From a bacterium (GTDB taxonomy: Bacteria; Patescibacteriota; Patescibacteriia; Patescibacteriales; UBA12465): a stretch of DNA of 64,000 nt. A program made the translations under genes and the position numbers. Positions 7,975-18,016 of the stretch are shown in pieces. The notes beneath the pieces are model-generated. The model worked only from the letters and a program-made list of their open reading frames with translations, did not search any database and had not been told where the DNA came from. Location of the stretch: positions 17,630 through 81,629 of the forward strand of contig DAONYH010000003.1 of the NCBI GenBank assembly GCA_035414245.1, in the 5' to 3' direction. The number at the start of each line of letters is the position of its first letter. Within the stretch, counting starts at the first letter, position 1.

Positions 7975-9768
7975 TTATTTACTAAATTTTAAATCAATAA
8001 TTTTTAATTGCGCTTCGCGACGACCATTAAAATCATTTATCTCTAAATAATAAGCTAAATCAACTTGATCGCCTACTTGGAATTGTTTATATTGTTCAGC
8101 TAAACCAAATGCTATCGCCCAAAAACCAGCTACCCGTATTTTAATGTGTTGATTTTCAAAACCCATGAAAACAATATCTTCAATCGTTAAATCATAACTA
8201 ACCAGTTTAGGTTGCAGATTATTTTGACCAAAAGGCGCGAGTTGATTAATTTCTTCCGCTAAATGTAAACTGATTTCTGACATTTTTACTTCTGCTTCTA
8301 TTTCTATTTTAGGCACTAAATTTTGACCAGCTAATTTTTCACTCACCAAACGTTCAATCTTGGTCGTAAATTTAGTTAAATTATCTTCGTTATTGATGGA
8401 AAAACCGCAAGCCATAGGATGTCCGCCATATTTATCTAACTCTTCGGCACAGTCTTCAATAACAGCAATCAAATTCAATTCTGGGATTGAACGTCCCGAA
8501 CCTTTAAAGCTAACTTTTTTAGGAATTAATTTCTTTTTTTCCGGATCAAACTCGGCTGATTCAATTAAACGAGTAATTATTAAAGTGGGCCGATAATATT
8601 TTTCCGCAATTTTTCCCGCTACTAAGCCAATCACCCCTTCATTCCAAATTTCATCTTCGCCCGCAACGCCAATGATGATGTCGGGTAAATTTTCTGAATC
8701 AATTTGTTTCTCAACTTGCGCGATTATTTCTTTAGTGATTTCTTGGCGACTGGCATTACGTCGATTTAATTCCTCGGCTAATTCTTTAGCTTCATTCTCA
8801 TCAGTGGTTGTTAAAAGCGCAAAGGCAGTATTGGCATGACTTAAACGACTGGCCGCATTAAGTCGAGGGGCAATCTGCCAACTAACATTCCAGGCTTCTA
8901 ACTTTTTATCACCATTAGCTTTTGTAGAATTTATTAATTCTTTTAATCCCAACCTGCGATTTTCATTTAAAACTTCCAAACCTTTTTTAACTAACAAACG
9001 ATTTTCACCTAACAAACTAACCATATCAGCAATTGTTCCAACCGCCACTAAATCTAAACATTTTTCGGCAATTAGTTGTTTTTGTTTATCTGATAAATTT
9101 GATTTAAAAAGCAAGGCGCTAATTAACTTAAAGGAAACACCCACACCGGCCAAAAATGGACAGGGATAATTATTGCGTTTATCAGCGGGATTAATTATGG
9201 GACAATCAGGTAAATCTTTTATTTCTTCCGGTAGAACATGATGGTCGGTAATAATTATTTCTAAACCCTTAGCCTTGGCATATTCCACTTCTTCTTTATT
9301 TCTAATACCATTATCAACGGTAATTACTAATTTAAAGCCAGCTTCCAAAATTTGATTAATTGCCATTTTATTTAAACCATAGCCCTCGCTAACACGATCT
9401 GGTAAATAAACTTCCACTTGTGCGTGTAGTAATTTTAAAGTTTCCAGTAAAATGACTGAGGCAGTAACTCCGTCCGCGTCATAATCGCCATAAACCACAA
9501 TTGGATTACCGTCTTTGATGTGTTTAATAATAATATCAACCGCTTGTTCCATATCTTTAAACAAAAACGGATCATAAAAAGCGTAATCAGCTTGACTAGA
9601 AAAAGTGCGCGCCAAATTATCAGCTAATTCTCCATTCAAAAAAGTTTTTATTTCTTCTTCCGACTTTAAGCCACGATTAAAAAGTAATTGCAAAAAAATC
9701 CGACTCATGTTCGGATAAGCCTCGCATTGCTCATCTTTAATTTTTGGCAAAACGCGCCATTCTCTCAT
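7975..9768 (-). CDS. recJ: Single-stranded-DNA-specific exonuclease RecJ (DHH/DHHA1)
   Basis: 597 aa. VVYGDYDADGVTASVILLETL (DHH motifs), ITDHH, and a GGHPMACGFS DHHA1 region. Confidence 0.85.
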   Translation of the reverse strand: MREWRVLPKIKDEQCEAYPNMSRIFLQLLFNRGLKSEEEIKTFLNGELADNLARTFSSQADYAFYDPFLFKDMEQAVDIIIKHIKDGNPIVVYGDYDADGVTASVILLETLKLLHAQVEVYLPDRVSEGYGLNKMAINQILEAGFKLVITVDNGIRNKEEVEYAKAKGLEIIITDHHVLPEEIKDLPDCPIINPADKRNNYPCPFLAGVGVSFKLISALLFKSNLSDKQKQLIAEKCLDLVAVGTIADMVSLLGENRLLVKKGLEVLNENRRLGLKELINSTKANGDKKLEAWNVSWQIAPRLNAASRLSHANTAFALLTTTDENEAKELAEELNRRNASRQEITKEIIAQVEKQIDSENLPDIIIGVAGEDEIWNEGVIGLVAGKIAEKYYRPTLIITRLIESAEFDPEKKKLIPKKVSFKGSGRSIPELNLIAVIEDCAEELDKYGGHPMACGFSINNEDNLTKFTTKIERLVSEKLAGQNLVPKIEIEAEVKMSEISLHLAEEINQLAPFGQNNLQPKLVSYDLTIEDIVFMGFENQHIKIRVAGFWAIAFGLAEQYKQFQVGDQVDLAYYLEINDFNGRREAQLKIIDLKFSK

Positions 9769-9879
9769 AAACTAAAAAACTAAAAACCAAACAACACCGG
9801 TAAAAAAACCATGGAAATGCCGACGATTAAGGAAACAACAATCCAAAAAACTCTGGTTGCCTTTTTTTTCTTCATATTT

Positions 9880-11721
9880 TTATCTTTTTAAAATTTTAAC
9901 AAAAGTATCCGGCGGTATTTCAACACTTCCCTTGCCGGCGACTAACATTTTTTTCTTACCCCTTTTTTGTTTTTCTAATAATTTTCTTTTGCGTGTCACA
10001 TCACCACCATATAATTTAGCGGTCACATCTTTTCTTAAAGCCGATAATTTTTCGGCAGCAATTATTTTACTGCCGATAGCGGCCTGAATTTTAATGGCAA
10101 ACATTTGACGAGGCAAATTCTCCTTTAAAATATCTACCATTTCTCGTCCTTGGCGATAAGCATCATCACGATAAACAATGGTTGCTAATGATTCAATCGG
10201 CTCTTCAGCCACTAAAATATCCATTCTAACCACATCCGCCGGACGATAATCTAAATATTCATAATTAATGGATGCATACCCCGAAGAAACACTTTTAATT
10301 TTATCATAGAAGTCGGTCAAAATAGCTGATAAAGGCATTTCATAATGCAAAATAGCTCTTCCTCCTTCATCACCAACCGAAATATACTGCGTATTTTTAT
10401 AAATACCTCTTTTTTCTTGAGCTAATTTAATAATATTGCCTAAGTATTCTTTAGGACTAATTATATCTAAAGTCACCCAGGGTTCTTCAATTTTTATTAA
10501 ATGATTTTGCTCAGGCAAACGTTGCGGAGTTCTGACAATCATTTCCTCACCATTGGTTTTAAAAACCTTATAGGCAACACTCGGCACAGTAACAATTAAA
10601 TCTAAATTATATTCACGACGTAAACGCTCCTGAAAAACTTCCAAATGCAAAAGACCTAAAAACCCACAACGAAAACCAAAACCAAGAGCGTCTGATCTTT
10701 CCGGTTCATACGATAGGGCCGAGTCATTTAATTTTAATTTTTCCATAGCCTCTCGTAATTCTTTAAAATCATTTCCTTCTTTAGGAAAAATACCGGCAAA
10801 AACCATGGGCTTTACTTCTTTATAGCCGGGCAAAGGTTCAAAATTTTCATCAGCGCTAATATTTGAACCGGAAATAATCGTATCACCGACACGACAATCA
10901 GCCACTTGCTTAAAACCAGTCACCACATAACCAATTTGTCCCGAGCGCAGTTCTTTAGTGGAAACATAGCCGGGATTAAAAATACCACAATCCAAAACTT
11001 CACTTTCTGCTTGAACAGAAACTAACTTTATTTTATCGCCTTTTTTAATCGTGCCATTAAAAACTCGGATATAGGCCACCACGCCGCGATAAGTATCATA
11101 TTTGGAATCAAAAATTAAAGAGCGTGAATAATGATGAGCTACAGGAAACTCTGGTTCACGCGGAGCACCACCGCGACGAATTATCTCTTCCAAAACTTGA
11201 GCTACACCTTCCCCGGTTTTCCCGGAAGTAGCAAAAATTTCTTCCTCGCGACAACCAATTAATTTAATAATTTCATTTTTTGTTTTAACAATATCCGCCG
11301 CGGGTAAATCAATTTTATTGATAATAGGAATAATGGTTAAATCTTGATCAAGGGCTAAATAAAGATTAGCTAGAGTTTGTGCTTGAATGCCTTGTGTTGA
11401 ATCAACTAATAACAAAGCGGTCTCAACCGCCGCTAAAGAACGAGAAACTTCATAAGAAAAATCAACATGTCCGGGCGTATCAATAAGATTTAAATTATAG
11501 CCTTGATACTGCATATTAACTGGCGTCAATTTGATAGTGATACCTCGCTCTCTTTCAATGTCCATACCATCCAACAATTGCTCCTTCATCTTTCTTTTTT
11601 CCACCGTGCCGGTCAATTCCAACATGCGATCAGCCAAAGTTGATTTACCATGGTCAATATGAGCAATAATAGAAAAATTTCTAATTTTTTTTATATCTTT
11701 ATTATCAGACATAATTATCAA
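9880..11721 (-). CDS. lepA: Elongation factor 4 (LepA)
   Basis: 613 aa. IRNFSIIAHIDHGKSTLADRMLELTG G-domain, DTPGHVDF, and the LepA-specific C-terminal domain. Confidence 0.9.
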   Translation of the reverse strand: MIIMSDNKDIKKIRNFSIIAHIDHGKSTLADRMLELTGTVEKRKMKEQLLDGMDIERERGITIKLTPVNMQYQGYNLNLIDTPGHVDFSYEVSRSLAAVETALLLVDSTQGIQAQTLANLYLALDQDLTIIPIINKIDLPAADIVKTKNEIIKLIGCREEEIFATSGKTGEGVAQVLEEIIRRGGAPREPEFPVAHHYSRSLIFDSKYDTYRGVVAYIRVFNGTIKKGDKIKLVSVQAESEVLDCGIFNPGYVSTKELRSGQIGYVVTGFKQVADCRVGDTIISGSNISADENFEPLPGYKEVKPMVFAGIFPKEGNDFKELREAMEKLKLNDSALSYEPERSDALGFGFRCGFLGLLHLEVFQERLRREYNLDLIVTVPSVAYKVFKTNGEEMIVRTPQRLPEQNHLIKIEEPWVTLDIISPKEYLGNIIKLAQEKRGIYKNTQYISVGDEGGRAILHYEMPLSAILTDFYDKIKSVSSGYASINYEYLDYRPADVVRMDILVAEEPIESLATIVYRDDAYRQGREMVDILKENLPRQMFAIKIQAAIGSKIIAAEKLSALRKDVTAKLYGGDVTRKRKLLEKQKRGKKKMLVAGKGSVEIPPDTFVKILKR

Positions 11722-11807
11722 AAATATTTACAATCTGTTTTATTTATAATCTGTTTTACAGTTAATAAATTTCTGCTTCGCTATTTAAACTTCACTAAAT
11801 TACGCTA

Positions 11808-13460
11808 TTAAACTCCACGGGCTTCACCTTGATCACCGACTTTAACTTTTTTAAATGGCCAACGATTTTTAAGTGCATCAATGAACCAAAAAAATTCTTC
11901 ACTATTTAATAAATAACAGAACCAAGCATAAACTAAGACTCCAGAACCAAAGGAAGCGACTAACTGAGTAAATACACCACTAAATTTAGTCATATCAATA
12001 TAAGGCCAAACCACCACTTTCATAATTTGTGCGGTTATGCCCGCAGCAATGGCGGCTGCGATAAATTTCAAGGAAGAAAACATTATCTTATTAAAATCTA
12101 AGGTTCCTACTTTAACATAAAGCCAGAAAGAGAGCAAGATTAAATTTAAAATATTAGCGACGGAAAAAGCTAAAGCTAAACCGGCCACACCCATTAATTT
12201 CCCTAGATAAAAAGACAAAATAATATTAATAACAATTGAAACCAAACCAAAATAAAAAGGAGTGCGTGAATTATGAAGAGCATAAAAAACACGCGTCACT
12301 AAAGGAATCGTAGCTTGAGCAAAAATACTAATCGTAAAAAATCCTAAAGCATCCATGGTCATAAAAGTGGCTCGCCAATCAAAATTACCCGTCCCTAAAA
12401 TAACGCGCACAATCTGAGCGCGTAAAGCAATAATCAAAATCGTAGCGGGAATAATAAAAAATAAAATTTGTCTCATGGTGCTAGAAAAATGTTGCGTCAA
12501 TTTTTCTTTGTTATGAGCATTTTCAGCTAAGGACGGAAAGGCGGCAATGGCAAAAGAAATACCAAAAATTCCTACGGGAAAAGACTGTAAATTATTAGCA
12601 AAATTGAAAGCGGTTAAAGAGCCACTGGGCAAAGTAGAGGCGATAATTGTGATTACTACTAAATTGATTTGGGAAATAGCCAAACTCATGGTTCTAGGAA
12701 CCATCATTTTACCGATTTTTCTCAGCTTTTCATTTTTCCAATTTAAAACAAAAGAATATTTGAATCCTAAATTATAAACTGCGGGAAGTTGAATTAAAAA
12801 GTGTAGAGCAGCGCCTAAAACCACTCCCCAAGCCAAACCTGTGATGCCAAAAATATCAACAAAATAAAGAGCACCAATGATAATACCGATGTTATAGAAA
12901 ATTGGCGCTAATGAATAAACAAAAAACTTTTTAAACGATTGCAAAATACCTCCTAAAATACCGGACATCCCTAAAAAAATCGGCGATAAAAACATTATTC
13001 TAGTTAAGGCGACAGTGCTTTGTTGTTCGCTGACGCCAAAACCGGGAGCAATAATTTTAACTAATTGCGGCGCAAAAATAATTCCGATTAAAGAAAGAGC
13101 AATTAAACTAATCAATAAAGAATTAGCGACATTACTGGCCAACTGCCAAGCTTCCTGATTTTCCTTCTGACCATTTTTTCTATCGCTTGCCTTATTTTTT
13201 ATTAAGCTGCTAAATATAGGGATAAAGCCGGCTGATAAAGCTCCTAAAACAATCAAATTAAAAATCAAATCCGGAATACGAAAAGCGGCATAATAAATAT
13301 CTAAGGTTGTGCCTGCGTTAAAACGACCAGCTAAAATTCTATCTCGAACAACCCCTAAAAGACGAGATGTTAAAGACGACAAAGCAACGAGCGCGGCTGC
13401 GACCGTAATATTATTGATTGATTGATTGAAAAATCTTTTTAGAAAAAATTTTTTAAACAT
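11808..13460 (-). CDS. murJ: Lipid II flippase MurJ (MviN)
   Basis: 550 aa polytopic membrane protein. RLLGVVRDRILAGRFNAGTTLDIYYAAFRIPDLIFNL is the conserved MurJ N-terminus. Confidence 0.8.
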   Translation of the reverse strand: MFKKFFLKRFFNQSINNITVAAALVALSSLTSRLLGVVRDRILAGRFNAGTTLDIYYAAFRIPDLIFNLIVLGALSAGFIPIFSSLIKNKASDRKNGQKENQEAWQLASNVANSLLISLIALSLIGIIFAPQLVKIIAPGFGVSEQQSTVALTRIMFLSPIFLGMSGILGGILQSFKKFFVYSLAPIFYNIGIIIGALYFVDIFGITGLAWGVVLGAALHFLIQLPAVYNLGFKYSFVLNWKNEKLRKIGKMMVPRTMSLAISQINLVVITIIASTLPSGSLTAFNFANNLQSFPVGIFGISFAIAAFPSLAENAHNKEKLTQHFSSTMRQILFFIIPATILIIALRAQIVRVILGTGNFDWRATFMTMDALGFFTISIFAQATIPLVTRVFYALHNSRTPFYFGLVSIVINIILSFYLGKLMGVAGLALAFSVANILNLILLSFWLYVKVGTLDFNKIMFSSLKFIAAAIAAGITAQIMKVVVWPYIDMTKFSGVFTQLVASFGSGVLVYAWFCYLLNSEEFFWFIDALKNRWPFKKVKVGDQGEARGV

Positions 13461-13464
13461 ATTT

Positions 13465-14934
13465 CTATCTTACCTCGTTTTTCAAAATATACAAACGTTG
13501 CAGATTATTTAAGGCTTTATCATAGCCGGGATTTATTTCTAATTCTGCTTTTAGTTCTGCCTCGGCTTCATCTAGTTGACCTTCATCCAAATAAATCACC
13601 GCTAAATTATTGTGTGCCATCACTTCCAAAGGATTAAGCTCTAGGGCTTTTAAAAAATGTTGTCGCGCTTCTTCGGTACGATTATCAAAATAATACATGG
13701 CGCCTAAATTTCGATTAGCCAAAGGCGAAGTAGGAGATTTTTGAACAGCAAATTCCCAAAAAGTAATGCGGTTCTGATAATTTGGTAAATGAAGAGCGGC
13801 TAAAACTAAAAATAAAATAAGCACTAATGCTCCCAAACAAACACTTGCCTTTTCTATTAAAATTTTCCTAGCCAAACCTCGTTCAGGTAATTTAAAACTA
13901 CTAAACATTAAAATTAAACCAATGAACGGTAAATATAAACGATGTTCTAATAATAATAAATAATAAAAATCAACTGGGTTAGGATTAACAAAGGCGGGCA
14001 ACATAAATAAAATAAACCAAACCAAACCAAAAGCAATCCATTTCTTAGCTAAACGTTTGGTGAAAACGAATATTAAAAACAAAACTACCGCGCTTAAACC
14101 ATAATATATATTAACATCTCTTAAAACCGGCATAATTGCCAAGTTAAAGGGCAAGAAAAATTTACCAAAGCCGACAATCAAGGCGGGAGAATTTTCTAAA
14201 ATTGAAATATAAACTTGTTTTAAACCGCCAATCCCTTGATCAATCGCCAAACTACGCATCACATACCATAAAAAAATAACGGCACCCGCTCCCAAAAAAA
14301 ACATGGCCTTATCTTGAACACTAATTTTCTTCTCATTTAAAAATAAATAATAAAATCCTAACAAAAACGGAATAACAATAGCTGCTTCTTTAGTGAAAAT
14401 TGCCAAAAGAAAAAAGATTAAACACCAGACATAATCTTTAGGGCGTGATTTTTCTAAAAACTTCAAGAAAAATAAAAAAGTAGCTAAAACAAAAACCGCT
14501 AACAAGGAATCATTGCGCCCCGGAATCCAAGCGACAGCCTGAACTAAAACCGGATGCACTAAAAAAAATAAAGATAAAAATAAAGAACGTTTTTCAGAAA
14601 CTTTTAAGCGCTTGAGTAAAGCAAACAATAAACTGGCTACTAAAATATGAATAAAAACATTGGTCAAGTGATAGCCCCAAGCATGAAAACCGGAAACTTG
14701 AGCATCAAGCATTAAAGATAAATTTAATAAAGGTCGGTAATAAAAATTTTTGTCCGAAAAAAAGGCGTCTTCTGTAAAAATTTGACCAATATTAGACAAA
14801 TTTCCTATAATAAATTGATTTTCTAAAATTAAACTCTGATCATCTAAATATGAAAAATCAAAAAACACTGTACCTAAATACAATAACAAACCAACGATAA
14901 TAATAATATAAAAAGGTAATCGCTTCGGAGACAT
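13465..14934 (-). CDS. Polytopic GT-C-type membrane glycosyltransferase with C-terminal TPR repeats (PMT/TMTC/ArnT-like)
   Basis: 489 aa. About 11 TM helices, a DD motif in the first loop (FSYLDDQSLI), and C-terminal TPRs (ARQHFLKALELNP...NNLAVIYLDEGQLDEAEAELKAELEINPGYDKALNNLQ). Confidence 0.5.
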   Translation of the reverse strand: MSPKRLPFYIIIIVGLLLYLGTVFFDFSYLDDQSLILENQFIIGNLSNIGQIFTEDAFFSDKNFYYRPLLNLSLMLDAQVSGFHAWGYHLTNVFIHILVASLLFALLKRLKVSEKRSLFLSLFFLVHPVLVQAVAWIPGRNDSLLAVFVLATFLFFLKFLEKSRPKDYVWCLIFFLLAIFTKEAAIVIPFLLGFYYLFLNEKKISVQDKAMFFLGAGAVIFLWYVMRSLAIDQGIGGLKQVYISILENSPALIVGFGKFFLPFNLAIMPVLRDVNIYYGLSAVVLFLIFVFTKRLAKKWIAFGLVWFILFMLPAFVNPNPVDFYYLLLLEHRLYLPFIGLILMFSSFKLPERGLARKILIEKASVCLGALVLILFLVLAALHLPNYQNRITFWEFAVQKSPTSPLANRNLGAMYYFDNRTEEARQHFLKALELNPLEVMAHNNLAVIYLDEGQLDEAEAELKAELEINPGYDKALNNLQRLYILKNEVR

Positions 14935-14939
14935 AGAAA

Positions 14940-15653
14940 TTATTTATAAAAACCAAGCCAGTATTTAAGTCCGGTCCAAACAGTCGCTAAACCATATTTT
15001 AAACTACGCGAAAAATTAATTGATGAAGCTTCTTTAAAATAACGTACTGGCACAGGAATTTCACCAATGCGATAACCCTTAGCAACAATTTTGAATAACA
15101 TCTGACTATCAAAAACAAAATCATCAGAATTATTTTGCCAATCAATTTTTTCTAACACTTCACGTTTATAAGCGCGCATTCCCGTATGCCATTCAGATAA
15201 ATTGCGACCACTAATTAAATTTTGGAAAATTGTTAAGACGCGATTAGAAAAATATTTATATTTGGGCATACCGCCAGCCAAAGCTTCCTGCCGACTTCTA
15301 ATTCTCGTACCCAACATCACCTCAAAATAGTTGTCAGCAATAAATTCAGCAAAATATTTTACCAGCCGCGGATCATATTGATAATCAGGATGAATCATCA
15401 CAATAATATCTCCTCCTCTTTCCAAAGCGAGGCGATAGCAAGTTTTTTGATTTCCACCATAACCTTTGTTGGCTTCATGTTCAAAAACAGAAATCCCTAA
15501 ACGCTTAGCCACTGCCACTGTATCATCACCACTTCTGTCATCAACCAAAATAATCTCATCAACTATTGACGGCAAATCATTAACTGTTTTTTCTAAAGTA
15601 GCGGCCGCATTATAAGCGGGCAAAACTACCACTATTTTTTGATCATGATACAT
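14940..15653 (-). CDS. GT2-family glycosyltransferase, polyprenyl-phosphate sugar synthase (DPM1-like)
   Basis: 237 aa. VVLPAYNAAATLEKTV...ILVDDRSGDDT...DIIVMIHPD is the GT-A fold DxD signature. It is adjacent to the GT-C/TPR gene. Confidence 0.75.
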   Translation of the reverse strand: MYHDQKIVVVLPAYNAAATLEKTVNDLPSIVDEIILVDDRSGDDTVAVAKRLGISVFEHEANKGYGGNQKTCYRLALERGGDIIVMIHPDYQYDPRLVKYFAEFIADNYFEVMLGTRIRSRQEALAGGMPKYKYFSNRVLTIFQNLISGRNLSEWHTGMRAYKREVLEKIDWQNNSDDFVFDSQMLFKIVAKGYRIGEIPVPVRYFKEASSINFSRSLKYGLATVWTGLKYWLGFYK

Positions 15654-15726
15654 ATATTTATAATTCTAACGCAAACCTTTATTTATAATTCTAAGCAAAC
15701 CTTAATTCTGAAATACAAAAATTATT

Positions 15727-17721
15727 TTAAAAAGCGCGCACATCAGCCGCTAAAATTTCCTGAGCTGTTAAAAAGAGGGGGTTAATATCAAATTCTTTTA
15801 TTTGTCTATTTTGATTGGCTAAATGAGAAAAATTAACTAATACTTTAGCCAACTTATGAATATCATATTTAATCCCCCCGCGCGCACCATTTAAAATTGG
15901 AAAAAAGGCTGATTCTTTTATAAATTCCAACGCTCTTTTTTCATCTAAATCAGCAATCGTTAATTTTACTTCCTTTAATATCTCCGCATATATGCCACCT
16001 AAACCAAAAAGTAAAACCGGTCCGAACGAGGCATCTTGTTTAAAGCCTAAAATCAATTCTAACTTATCTTTAATTTGCGGCTGGATAACTAAATAATTGT
16101 CTTGCTTTGAAAAAGCGGTTTTATATTTTTGTTGCAATTTCTCAGCGGCAGTTTTTAATTCAGTTAAATTATTGAGATTTAAAACAATCGCCTTTTTATC
16201 GCTTTTATGATTAAAATCCGGACCAACCGCTTTTAGAACAAGCGGAAAAGTTAATTTTTCTTTTATTCGGGGATTATATTTTAACGTTTTAACGCTCTTA
16301 ATTTTATATTTATTTAAAAGCGCAAAAAGTTCTAAATAGTCATAGTCTTTTTTCTTTTTGATTTCGGCAACTACTTCATAATTAATTGAATTATAAGGAG
16401 TAAATTGAGATAGATTCTGCGCATTTTTTATTAAAGCGCCCAAGGACTTAATTGCTTCTTCTGGATAAGAAAAGAAAGGTAAACCTTCACTGATTAAATA
16501 CTCTCGAGCTTCGGCAATGGTATCACCCCCCAAAAAGCTAGTCATAATTAGGCGTTTTGGATTTTGTTTAGCTAATTTTGCAATCACTTCCGCGGTTCTT
16601 AAAGGTTCAGTGCCTAGTTGAGGGCTGAGCAAAATTAAAATATTAGTTTCTTTATTAGTATTGAGCGATTTTTTTAAAGCTTTCTCATAATCCTCGGGGC
16701 TAGCATTACCAAACAAATCAAAATTGCCAACTAAATTTATATCCTGTTCAGCGGCGGCATCGGCTGATAAAACCGCTAAGCCACCAGCGTTAGTAATAAT
16801 TTGTAATTTATTACTTAATTTATTTTTTACCACTGACGGCGAACGCAAAATAATAACTAAATTAAATAAATCATTGAGATTATCAATTAAAATTGCTCCC
16901 GCTCGCTTTAAACCAATTTTAGTCGCCATTGATTCACCGGCCAAGGCTCCGGTATGAGATTTAGCTAAAGCTTGTCCGCTCGCACTGGTACCGGCTTTTA
17001 AAATAGCGACCGTTTTCTCGGGAACTATTTGAGAAACAATCTGCATAAATTTTTCACCGTCTGCCACTTCTTCTAAATATAAAATAATTGAATCAATATT
17101 TTTATCTTTACCTAAATATTCTAGAAAATCATTTTCATTTAACCCAGCTTTATTTCCTAAGCTGATAAAATATCCTAATCCTAAATTTTGTGCTTTAAGC
17201 CAATCAAGCACTGAACTGCCAATCGCTCCGGATTGAGAAATGAAGGCCACTTTGGAATTAATATTGGCGCGATGAGAGAAACTAGCATTAAAATGATTAA
17301 AATTATTAATAAAACCAAGGCAATTTGGACCTAAAACATTTAAGCCATATTTATTGATTAAAACTTTAAGTTCTGCTTCGCGCTTCTTGCCTTTGGCATC
17401 ACTTTCTTTAAATCCGGCACTGATAATAATAATATTTTTAATTCCCAATCGCCCGCATTTTTCTATTTCCGGTAAAACAAAGGCGGCGGGAATAACTATC
17501 ATTACTAATAAACTTGACCAATCTTTAATCGGTAATTTTTCTAAGTCAGAAAAAACCGGCAAAGAGGCAATAGTTTTTTCCTGTAAATTAATAGGAAAAA
17601 TTTTACCTTGATAACCACTGGAAATAATATTATCTAAAACTTGCCGCCCGACTTTTTTCGGATTTTGAGAAGCGCCCACCACCGCAATGGCAGAAGGAGT
17701 AAAAAAGTTTTTTAAATTCAT
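15727..17721 (-). CDS. Acetyl-CoA synthetase (ADP-forming), fused alpha/beta (NDP-forming acyl-CoA synthetase)
   Basis: 664 aa. N-terminal CoA-binding domain AIAVVGASQNPKKVGRQVLDNI, succinyl-CoA-synthetase-like ligase-CoA domains, and a C-terminal ATP-grasp domain. Confidence 0.75.
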   Translation of the reverse strand: MNLKNFFTPSAIAVVGASQNPKKVGRQVLDNIISSGYQGKIFPINLQEKTIASLPVFSDLEKLPIKDWSSLLVMIVIPAAFVLPEIEKCGRLGIKNIIIISAGFKESDAKGKKREAELKVLINKYGLNVLGPNCLGFINNFNHFNASFSHRANINSKVAFISQSGAIGSSVLDWLKAQNLGLGYFISLGNKAGLNENDFLEYLGKDKNIDSIILYLEEVADGEKFMQIVSQIVPEKTVAILKAGTSASGQALAKSHTGALAGESMATKIGLKRAGAILIDNLNDLFNLVIILRSPSVVKNKLSNKLQIITNAGGLAVLSADAAAEQDINLVGNFDLFGNASPEDYEKALKKSLNTNKETNILILLSPQLGTEPLRTAEVIAKLAKQNPKRLIMTSFLGGDTIAEAREYLISEGLPFFSYPEEAIKSLGALIKNAQNLSQFTPYNSINYEVVAEIKKKKDYDYLELFALLNKYKIKSVKTLKYNPRIKEKLTFPLVLKAVGPDFNHKSDKKAIVLNLNNLTELKTAAEKLQQKYKTAFSKQDNYLVIQPQIKDKLELILGFKQDASFGPVLLFGLGGIYAEILKEVKLTIADLDEKRALEFIKESAFFPILNGARGGIKYDIHKLAKVLVNFSHLANQNRQIKEFDINPLFLTAQEILAADVRAF

Positions 17722-17740
17722 ATATTAAAAATTAAACTAA

Positions 17741-17932
17741 CTAATTATTATTTTTTAAAGTCATTAAACCGGAAAAAATTATTAATAAAAATAAATAGTT
17801 CAAATTAAAATAAGCCAAAATAATATTGGGGGCGATTATTTCCATTATAGTAAAGACAATATACAGACTGACGGAAAAATAAAATAGTTCTTGAAAAAAG
17901 AAAGGTTTAATTGTTTTTAAAAATGTTTTCAT
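17741..17932 (-). CDS. Small hydrophobic protein (2 TM helices), hypothetical
   Basis: 63 aa, highly hydrophobic (FYFSVSLYIVFTIMEIIAPNIILAYF...LFLLIIFSGLM). No similarity recognised. Low coding confidence in AT-rich DNA. Confidence 0.25.
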   Translation of the reverse strand: MKTFLKTIKPFFFQELFYFSVSLYIVFTIMEIIAPNIILAYFNLNYLFLLIIFSGLMTLKNNN

Positions 17933-18016
17933 TGCTTAATTGTTAAATTTAATCGCTAAATTCAATGTCTGTTTTAAATTTAATCGCTTTTACTAAATTT
18001 ATCACCTATTCTAAAT

